The translations under genes were made by a program, and so were the position numbers. Of a stretch of DNA of 64,000 nt, positions 10,856 through 20,798 are shown piece after piece. Source of the DNA: Eledone cirrhosa (lineage: Eukaryota); the NCBI GenBank assembly GCA_964016885.1, contig OZ024753.1, positions 20,646,001-20,710,000 on the forward strand, written 5' to 3'. Below the pieces are notes generated by a model. That model searched no databases, had not been told where the DNA came from, and worked only from the letters and a program-made list of their open reading frames with translations. Positions within the stretch are counted from its first letter, which is position 1, and every line of letters begins with the position of its first letter.

Positions 10856-13091
10856 CACTACGAAAGGCTTCTAAAGGAGGAGAACAAATGGGAGAAAGAC
10901 AGTCTCCCCCACATCGACCCAATAGAGGGACCAGCAGTGTTAGTCCAGGGTAGTGCAATAAGCAAGGCAATCAAAGATATGAAGACGGGTAAGGCGGCTG
11001 GTCCTTCGGAAATAGTTGCTGAGATGCTGAAGGCATCTGGTTCGGTGGGACACACCATGGTCACCCGGATAGTTAACCAAGTCGTACAGAATGGGGTTGT
11101 TCCGAAGGACTGGCGTAGCAGCATCATCGTTAACTGCTATAAGGGAAAAGGAGATGCCCTAGATAGGAGTAACTATAGAGGCATTAAATTAATCGACCAG
11201 GTCATGAAGGTCACGGAAAAACTAATCAGAGAGAGAATTGATCTAGATGAAATGCAGTTCGGGTTTGTGTCAGGCAAAAGTACCACAGACGCTCTTTTCA
11301 TTGTACGACAACTACAGGAGAAGTACCTAGCTAAAAGTAAACCCCTATACTTAGCTTTCGTCGACTTGGAGAAAGCCTTCGACAGAGTCCCCCGTTCCAT
11401 TATCTGGTGGTCTCTTAGAAAACTAGGTGTTGACGAATGGCTTGTGAGAGCTATACAAGCCATGTATAAAGAAACAGTCAGTAAGGTGAGAATTAACAAC
11501 GAATATAGTGAAGAGTTTAGCGTAAAAGTTGGTGTCCATCAGGGCTCTGTTCTTAGCCCCCTACTATTTATTATTGCCCTTCTGGCTATAACAGAGGAGT
11601 TCAAGACCGGCTGCCCATGGGAACTCCTATACGCAGATGATCTAACGCTCATAGCTGAATCAATGACCGAACTAGAGAAGAAATTCCAAACATGGAAGCA
11701 CGGCCTAGAATCAAAAGGCCTTAAAATTAACCTGGCTAAGACTAAAGTTCTAGTTTGTAGGAAAGAAAATAAGGCGGCGGTCCCATCTGGGAAATGGCCA
11801 TGCTCAGTGTGTAGGAAAGGCGTAGGTAGAAACTCCATTTTATGTCCCAAATGCAAAGTATGGGTGCATAAAAGATGTAGTGGGATCACAGGTAAGCTAA
11901 CTAAGAATATAGATTTTACATGTGGCCGGTGCTCTGGTGCAATAAGTAGCAGCAAGTGCCCACAAAATACTAGCTCCTTCAACTGCGCAGAGGGTTCTAT
12001 AGAAATAGTGGACAACTTCCGTTACCAGGGTGACAAAATCAGCAGTGGGGGAGGGTGCTCTGAAAGTACAGTAGCTAGAGTCTGAACTGGATGGAAAAAG
12101 TTCAGAGAGCTTATACCACTATTAGCCGCTAGAGGGTTCTCCCTAAAAATGAAAGGCAGGTTATACGATGTCTGTATACGAACAGCAATGCTGCATGGCA
12201 GTGAGACCTGGGCATTGTGTGCAGAGGATATACACAGACTAGAGAGGAACGAAGCTTGCATGCTCCGCTGGATGTGCAATAGTAATATACGTGAACGGCA
12301 AAGCATAAATGAACTAAGGAAAAAATTAGAAATAAGAGGGATCAGATGTTGTTTACTCGAGAGAAGGCTACGTTGGTACGGTCACGTGATGCACATGAAA
12401 GACGACAGCTGTATAACAAAGTGCAGGGCAATAAAGATAGACGGTAGCCACGGAGTAGGCAGACCCAGAAAAACATGGGACGAGCTGATAAATTCCGACC
12501 TCACACACTTACACCTCTCCAAGACAATGTCACTGGACCGAGACCTTTGGCGGTACTCAGTAATAGAGAAGACCCACCTTACCTAAATACAAAATAAAAA
12601 CCTACTACAGTCAGTAGGCATCTCTATCAAAACACACCCCCGTCCCACCACCTTCACCCCATCCACACCGCCCCTTTCAATGTAAAGTTATGTTGGTCCC
12701 ACAACATCCAGGCCGAAACAAATGAGATCGTGTAGGTGTCACGACAAAAAACACACAGTCCACGCTGTAAATGTGGCCGTGTAGGCAACACGGTAAAAAC
12801 CTCCCAGCCCCACACTGTAAATGTGGTTGGTGTTAGGAAGGGCATCTAGCTGTAGAAAACCCGCCAGACAGTCCACGCTGTAATGTGGCCGTGTAGGCAA
12901 CACGGTAAAAACCTCCCAGCCCCACACTGTAAATGTGGTTGGTGTTAGGAAGGGCATCCAACTGTAGAAAACCCGCCAGACAGTCCTATGCGAGCAAGAC
13001 AACCACTCTTGCCTCAAGTGGGAAAACCCCCGTCCAAACTCATGCAAGCGTGGAACACGGACGCTAAACCTGATGATGATGATGATGATGA

Positions 13092-13095
<4 letters not shown>
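10856..13095 (+). mobile_element. RTE-clade LINE, family A, 5'-truncated, premature stop at 12083-12085, 3' UTR duplication, (GAT)n tail
   Basis: ORFs 10937-12085 and 12149-12586 carry RT motifs (YADD). Tail at 13071-13095. Confidence 0.93.
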
Positions 13096-13147
<52 letters not shown>

Positions 13148-13485
13148 ATAATTGTTTCTACTTTTTGGCACAAGGCCAGCAAATACCCAGTGCATTACTG
13201 GTACTTTATTTTATCGACCCCGTAAGGATGAAAGGCAAAGTCAACCTCAGCGGGATTTGAACTCAGATCGTTAAGGGACGTAACTATGCTGGAAAGCATG
13301 GCATCCGACCCTCTACCGATACTGCCAATATATATAATTGTTTCTACGTTAGGCACAAGGCCAGCAATAACCCAGTGCATTACTTTATTTTATCAACCCC
13401 GTAAGGATGAAAGGCAAAGTTAACCCTGGCGGGATTTGAACTCAGAATGGCAAGGGCCATAACTCTATACGTCAAAGCATGACTG
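13148..13485 (-). mobile_element. Two tandem Meta-core tRNA-SINE copies
   Basis: Reverse complements of GGATTGGCAGTATCGGTAGAGGG...GAGTTCAAATCCCGC...GCCTTTCATCCTTACGGGGTCGATAAAATAAAGTACCAG...GTAGAAACAATTAT at ~13148-13330 and ~13335-13485. Confidence 0.8.
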
Positions 13486-13524
13486 TCAGATAGAATGCTT
13501 TATGGTATTCATTCTGGCTCCCTG

Positions 13525-13612
13525 CTGTTTGAGTTCCACTCTCGCTGAGGTCAACTTTGCCTTTCATCCTTTTGAGGTCGATAAAAGAAAGTACCAGTCT
13601 TGTACTGGGTGG
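13525..13612 (+). mobile_element. Meta-core SINE fragment
   Basis: TGAGTTCCACTCTCGCTGAGGTCAACTTTGCCTTTCATCCTTTTGAGGTCGATAAAAGAAAGTACCAG. Confidence 0.65.
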
Positions 13613-13753
13613 ATTCTTCCTCTACATCTCTTTCTCATTTCCTCTCTCTCATTTCTATTTTTCTCTGGAAGAAATCTACTCTACACAGGCCTGGAGAGGG
13701 GTAAGGAGCACTAGCATGATAATGACCAGAGCCAGACACTTAGCTTCTGCTGG

Positions 13754-13772
13754 AATCCACTAGATGGAGCTA
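13754..13772 (+). promoter_or_regulatory. Solitary candidate CTCF site (CCACTAGATGGAGCT)
   Basis: 15 bp (13757-13771) identical to the reverse complement of the satellite core. Fits CCASYAGRKGG.RSY. Confidence 0.4.
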
Positions 13773-14328
13773 TGCCATCAGTTTCCAAATTTATAACTGA
13801 AGACTTTCAAAACGTTTATTTTTGAACATACCGTATATTACTAGATATACAAATTCAACACAGCTATGTTAGAGCTAATGGCCTAATTGTATCTATTATT
13901 AAATGTGTGTGTATATATATGTGTGTGTGTGTATGCATGTATATATATGAGAGAGAGGGAAAGGGAGAGAATGACAGATATATAGATATATAGCTACTTA
14001 TCTACTTATCTGTCTACCTGACTACCAGCTTAAATTTGTTGTTCATGAATGGAAATATATTTCATTCTTTTGGTAAGATATGTTTCTTTGCTTTTTGGAA
14101 GAGAATTGGTAAAAAGCCCATCTGAAACTTAATGACTTAGACAAGATGACAACTACTTATAAAGAATTTGAATCATAGACAAAAAAAAATCTGTTGAAAG
14201 CCAAAATGTCAGCGAGTTTGTCACAATATATACAACAGATCAGCTTGTCAAAATCTAATTTTTTCCTGCCACTCAGCAGAGGAACAAAACTCTCTCTTTC
14301 TTTCTTTCCATATATGGACACCCACCCA

Positions 14329-14398
<70 letters not shown>

Positions 14399-14547
14399 TA
14401 TTGAGAATCGGAATTTGGGCCCACGAAATAACGAAACACAATCTTCGAAATGTGTGGCAAAGGACTCAATAGTTTGGATAAACCAGAGCTATAACTATCG
14501 TTTAAATACCAACACACGGAGATAATGCTTAAAATCACTCGCACAGC

Positions 14548-14603
<56 letters not shown>

Positions 14604-15038
14604 CCAAAAATAGTTAAGTGACATAGTCACTACTTTAAATAGTGTATAGTCTTCTAAATGTTTTTAATTAAACATACAGTATATTGCCAAATATACTATA
14701 CATATATTCATGTATACATCGCTATTTCAGAGCACCAATACTAATACCTATATATATGTGTATGTGTGTGTTTAGTGGTTCACCATTGGATAAAACTGAT
14801 CATTCCATTTAGTTAACTATAATGTAATAGCAGGAAAAGCACTCTATTTTGATATTGAATCCTGTATTTGATGCAGAAACATGGATTATCTGCAGCACCA
14901 ATATTATCTATGTCATGAATTCTCTTCGAATTAAATATTTTTTTCTAGATTTTCTGTTTGCATTTGCCGTAATTACTTTATTGATTAACTAATTATGCAA
15001 TCTACACCTGATGATGTTGCCAGCATCTTATGTAACCA

Positions 15039-15108
15039 GGTCATTGAAAGTGTTTTTGCAACAGTAAAACTTTAAAGTTTTACTGTTGCAAAAACACTTT
15101 CAATGACC
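15039..15108. repeat. Perfect 70-bp spacerless palindrome
   Basis: GGTCATTGAAAGTGTTTTTGCAACAGTAAAACTTT|AAAGTTTTACTGTTGCAAAAACACTTTCAATGACC. Confidence 0.95.
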
Positions 15109-15409
15109 AGTTACTTTAATCAAACTAATTATACATCTATATATATATATATATATATCCAAAATTAAATTAAGGGTGTCATGTCTGAGAGACATGCGCC
15201 ATATCCACTGCAGAATATGCTCAAAGATTCCAATGAATAGATCCCAGCATTTTATATCAACTAGGATACTTACTTAGCTGTGTGTGCTTGCACACTTTAT
15301 AAATTATTCCCTGTGTTTGTTTCAAATGTTTATTTTATATATATATGTCAGTCAATTTCTAGTTGATATATATATATATCAAATAAGAGTATTTAAGATG
15401 AGATTATTT

Positions 15410-15458
15410 CATGATATATATTTCTGTTACATGGTTATGCATGTGACTTCATCAGATG
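15410..15458 (-). ncRNA. Type I minimal hammerhead ribozyme
   Basis: Minus strand reads CAT-CTGATGA-A-GTCACATG-CATAAC-CATGTAAC-A-GAA-ATATATAT-C-ATG: stem II 7/8 bp, palindromic stem III, AUC triplet, 3-bp stem I. Confidence 0.7.
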
Positions 15459-16376
15459 CTTACATAATCATAGGTGCTGCTGGCCATGTATTCTGTAGTT
15501 ATCCTGCTGACATCACTACAGGATAGTTATATATGGCCACCAGCATAACCAAAGGATTACATAACTGCACCTATGATTGTGTAAGCATTTGGGAGGTAGT
15601 GTGCATTACGGACTCGTAAAACCAGTCTGTTAGTACGTCTAGCAGTCCAGATTAAGGTGCAGATATCATGGTTGTTAGTACAAGTCTGATTGTTCTCTCA
15701 TTTACTCTATTTACACCAATTACTTTGTCTCCCCATTTTTCTGCTACCAAAATCCCTACTCCACCCACTACTGAGTGCTACTCATACAACTAGAATTCTA
15801 TTTGTCTTTCATGTATTACCTTTCCTCCCTTCTTATCATTTTTTTTTCTCCTCTTATCTAAATTTTTCTCTTCTCTTCTCTTTCCTCGTTCCCCTTTTCT
15901 TGTGACCCATTCATTCATCCATACTTGGCTTCTATATATTCTTATATATGAACAAATTCTAATTCCACTTCGAAAATTTGTTGAACTACATATTTAAGTA
16001 GTTGGATGCAAGTTCATTTGATTAAAATAATCAAATGTTAGCGGTCCAAGACTTATATGTAATACATATGATGAAACACGTGTAAGTGTTATGTAATAAA
16101 AGTTATTTCCTGGATTATGGTGTATTTTTTAATATTTTTGTAATTTTCTATATACACTCTGTAAATTGTTACTTAACAACTATATAACTACTCAGGATCT
16201 ACCAATTGGAATGATTTGTATGTTGAGTAAACACTACTGTAAGTAATCTTTGATTCTTGTTAAACAATCAATTTAATTGATTACACAAACAGAATTTGAA
16301 TAATTCTAAATACATATATGTGTGTGTGTCTATATATATATATCATCATCTTTTTTTACGTCCACTCTTACATGCT

Positions 16377-16422
<46 letters not shown>

Positions 16423-16641
16423 GGGGGGGGGGGTGTATGTACATATATTCACACACTAAGGAATTACTCCAGTTGTTGTTTAGTTCCAGTCTAGTTGTTC
16501 CACTTACAGTTCTCTGATTTCAGACTTAAATTAATTAATATAAAATGGACAAACATTTTATGGAATTATTTACTGTATTTCTCTTGTAGTCAGTTTTTAG
16601 TGAATATACTTTGTAGATAAATCTACCTTTTATTATTGCTG

Positions 16642-16862
16642 TTGGATTGGCAGTAATTGGTAGAGTGTCAGACAACATGCTTTGCAGCATATAGTTACGT
16701 CCCTTTAAGTTCTGGGTTGAAATCTCAATGAAGTTAACTTTACTTTCCATTCTTACAGTGTTGGTAAAATAAAGTACCAGTAATGCCTTGAGGTCGATTT
16801 ATTTGACTTTCTCCTTCACCAAAATTGTTGGCCTTTGTGCCTAAATCAGAAACCATTATTAT
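16642..16862 (+). mobile_element. Diverged Meta-core tRNA-SINE, followed by a partial tandem duplicate (~16868-17010)
   Basis: TTGGATTGGCAGTAATTGGTAGA...GGTAAAATAAAGTACCAGTAATG...GTGCCTAAATCAGAAACCATTATT. Confidence 0.65.
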
Positions 16863-17305
16863 TTCTGTTGGATTGGCAGTAATTGGTAGATAAAATACCA
16901 GTAATACACTGAGGTTGATTTATTCAACTTTCCCCCTTCCCCATTAGTATTTACCATTTTTCTCTTGTAGTCAGTCTTTAATGAATGTATTGATTAGATA
17001 AATCTACCTTCATGCAATTATCTCCCTTGTTCATCTCCACCCACTCCTAACCTTACACACACAATTCCCATTGAAAGTTTGAAGCAGTACTACACTGTAA
17101 ACAGGGATAAACAACATTATCATAATCCTTTCCATCAGTCAATGGCTTTATACAGCCTCTTATTATTAGACTAGTTCATTTAGTTACAGTTATGGTAAAA
17201 TCTTCTAATTCAATTTTCAGTCCTGTCAACTTTGCAGCAAAGAGTTATGGCCCTTTATGGTCAGAGTTCAAATCCCACGAGGTTAACTTTGCCTTTCATC
17301 CTTAC

Positions 17306-19483
17306 ATCATCATCATCATCATCAACGTTTAATGTCCGTGTTCCACGCTTGCATGGGTTTGGACGGGGGTTTTCCCACTTGAGGCAAGAGTGATTGTCTT
17401 GCTCGCATAGGACTGACTGGCAGGTTTTCTACAGTTGGATGCCCTTCCTAACATCAACCACATTTACAGTGTGGGTCTGGGAGGTTTTTACCGTGTTGCC
17501 TACACGGCCACATTACAGCGTGGACTGTGTGTTTTTTGCCGTGACACCTACACGATCTCATTTGTTTCGGCCTGGATGGTGTGGCACCAACATAACTTTA
17601 CATAGAAGGGGGCGGTGTGGATGGGGTAGGGGTGGGGTGGTTGGGACGGGGGTGTATTTTGTTAGAGATGCCTACTGACTGTAGTAGGTTTTACTTTGTA
17701 TTTAGGTAAGGCGGGTCTTCTCTATTACTGAGTACCGCCAAAGGTCTCGGTCCAGTGACATTGTCTTGGTGAGGTGTAAGTGTGTGAGGTCGGAGTTTAT
17801 CAGCTCGTCCCAGGTTTTTCTGGGTCTGCCTATTCCGTGGCTACCGTCTATCTTTATTGCCCTGCACTTTGTTATACAGCTATCGTCCTTCATGCGCATC
17901 ACGTGACCATACCAACGTAGCCTTCTCTCGAGTAAACAACATCTGATCCCTCTTATTTCTAATTTTTTCCTTAGTTCGTTTATGCTTTGTCGTTCACATA
18001 TATTACTATTACACATCCAGCGGAGCATGCAAGCTTCGTTTCTCTCTAGTCTGCGTATATCCTCTGCACACAATGCCCAGGTCTCACTGCCATGCAACAT
18101 TGCTGTTCGTATGCAGGCATCGTACAACCTGCCTTTCATTTTTAGGGAGAACCCTTTAGCGGCTAATAGTGGTATAAGCTCTCTGAACTTTTTCCACCCA
18201 GTTCTGACTCTAGCTACTGTACTTTCAGAGCACCCTCCCCCACTGCTGATTTTGTCACCCAGGTAACGGAAGCTGTCCACTATTTCTATAGAACCCTCTG
18301 TGCAGTTGAAAGAGCTAGTATTTCGTGGGCACTTGCTGCTACTTATTGCCCCAGAACACCGGCCACATGTAAAATCTATGTTCTTAGTTAGCTTACCTGT
18401 GATCCCGCTACATCTTTTATGCACCCGAACTTTGCATTTGGGACACAAAATGGAATTTCTACCTACGCCTTTCCTACACTCTGCGCATGGCCACTTCCCG
18501 GAGGGGACCGCCGCCTTATTTTCTTTCTTACAAACTAGAACTTTAGTCTTAGCCAGGTTAATTTTAAGGCCTTTTGATTCTAGGCCGTGCTTCCATGTTT
18601 GGAATTTCTTCTCTAGCTCGGCCATTGATTCAGCTATGAGCGTTAGATCATCTGCGTATAGGAGTTCCCATGGGCAGCCGGTCTTGAACTCCACTGTTAT
18701 AGCCTGGAGGGCAATAATAAATAGTAGGGGGCTAAGAACAGAGCCCTGATGAACACCAATTTTTACACTAAACTCTTCACTATATTCGTTGTTAATTCTA
18801 ACCTTGCTGACTGTTTCTTTATACATGGCTTGTATAGCTCTCACAAGCCATTCATCAACACCTAGTTTTCTAAGAGCCCACCAGATAATGGAACGGGGGA
18901 CTCTGTCGAAGGCCTTCTCCAAGTCGACGAAAGCTAAATATAGGGGTTTACTTTTAGCTAGGTACTTCTCCTGTAGTTGTCGTACAATGAAAAGAGCGTC
19001 TGTGGTACTTTTGCCTGACACAAACCCGAACTGCATTTCATCTAGATCAATTCGCTCTCTGATTAGTTGCGCTATTACTTTTTCCATGACCTTCATGACC
19101 TGGTCGATTAATTTAATGCCTCTATAGTTACTCCTATCTAGGGCATCTCCTTTACCCTTATAACAGTTAACGATGATGCTGCTATGCCAGTCCTTCGGAA
19201 CAACCCCATGCTGTATGACTTGGTTGACTATCCAGGTGACCATGGTGTGTCCCACCGTACCAGATGCCTTCAGCATCTCGGCAACTATTTCCGAAGGCCC
19301 AGCCGCCTTGCCCGTCTTCATATCTTTGATTGCCTTACTTATTATACTACCCTCGACTAACACTGCTGGTCCCTCTATTGGGTCGATGTGGGGGAGACTG
19401 TCTTTCTCCCATTTATTCTCCTCATTTAGTAGCCTTTCATAGTGACACTTCCAAGCTACCTTCTTATCGGCGTCGGTGATGGG
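17306..19483 (-). mobile_element. RTE-clade LINE, family A, 5'-truncated, with an uninterrupted 553-aa ORF2 remnant, inserted into a SINE
   Basis: ORF 17702-19363 has RT motifs and a C4HC3 finger; (CAT)n tail at 17306-17323. The SINE core is split as ...CATCCTTAC | TTACGGAGTCGATAAAATAAAG. Confidence 0.93.
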
Positions 19484-19504
19484 TTACGGAGTCGATAAAA
19501 TAAA

Positions 19505-20015
19505 GGCTCATCAGGCCGTTGAGTATTCTGGTTTCCATGACATTAAGCAACTGAAAATACAAGACTTCTCTCTAGACAGGATGCCAGTCCATTGCAAGGT
19601 TAAACCCCCAGTAATTAGTGGTACTCATTTTCAGTGGAGTATACTGGAGCAATGTGAAATTAAGTATTTTGTCCAAGAACACAACACACAACCCAGTCCT
19701 GGAATTGAACCCATGACATTATGATAATAAGTCCAACATACTTACCACTAGGCCACATGCCTTTGCTATTCCACGACACATGTACCTTTAATATAATTCT
19801 CAAGTACATTCAGCATGATACAGTATGTGACAAGACTGGTCCTTTGAATTACAGGTAGAAATCCATCAACACTGTTTCTGTCTACCCATTTTAACTCACA
19901 AGGCATGGGTCAGCATGAGGCTATCATAAATGACACTTGCCCAAGATGCCATGCATTGGGATTGAACCTGGGACTTAATGATTGCAAAGCAAACTTCTTA
20001 ACTGTGCTGCCATAT
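19505..20015 (-). mobile_element. Two diverged tRNA-derived SINEs (~19505-19762, ~19780-20015)
   Basis: Reverse B-boxes GGAATTGAACCC (~19701) and GGGATTGAACCT (~19958) with head-like sequence CCACTAGGCCACATGCC. Confidence 0.5.
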
Positions 20016-20558
20016 TCCATCTACAATGCTATTATTAAAATCACCGCTGTTGCAAGCTTTCAGGCCAAATCTTTGATATCAATATACTTACTTTACTTAT
20101 ATCTTCCCACTAGTTTTAGGGTCACTGAAAAGTGTTATAGGCACTATTTCTGATATTAGTAACAAAGGTCACCAGCAACGAACTTCTTAGAGTTACTTAT
20201 ACTGGTCAGTTGAAATTAAGTTCCTTTCATTATGAATTTCAACATTAATTTATTGATTCTTCTTAAACTATTGACCTATCACAGACAATTCTGAGACTCT
20301 TTCAGTTTAATCATCCATCTATGTTTCTTCTAATCTAGATAGAAACAAAAGATAAACAAAATTCATTTTTTTTTTCCTTTACTGTTTTTAATATATTTGT
20401 TTGGCCAATGTTATTTTTCATTATTCATCATGATGTTACTGTTGCTGTCAACATATATTTCACATACAACTTGCATTGGGCTGTGTATTACAAGACATTC
20501 CTTCACTGGAGATCACAGCTATTTTTGACTTTTGACAACAGTACAGCTCCATCGAGAG

Positions 20559-20798
20559 CAGGCATGTCAAACTGAGGGTCCCCCGAGGGTCACATATGTA
20601 TTGTCTGAGGGCCACATGGGTCACATATGTGTTGTCTGAGGGTCCTCCATGGCCACATGGGTCACATATTCTTGTCTGAGGGCCACACATTAAAACTAAT
20701 ATTTTTTTAATTTCATATTACGAAGATAAAACATGCTTGACCTGCAAAAACATTGTACGGGCCGCAAGTGTGCTAGTAAAGGGCCATATGCAGCTCTC
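20559..20798 (+). mobile_element. hAT/Charlie-type MITE remnant (left TIR only) with internal ~29-bp repeats
   Basis: Starts CAGGCATGTCAAAC after ATCGAGAG. GGGTCACATAT...TGTCTGAGGG occurs three times; GGGCC subterminal motifs. No right TIR found. Confidence 0.55.

Noticed and set aside
8838-19442. Antisense ORFs over the RTE copies (for example 9315-9947, 11539-12015, 18300-18749)
   Set aside because: These are shadow ORFs of RT coding sequence with no recognisable motifs.
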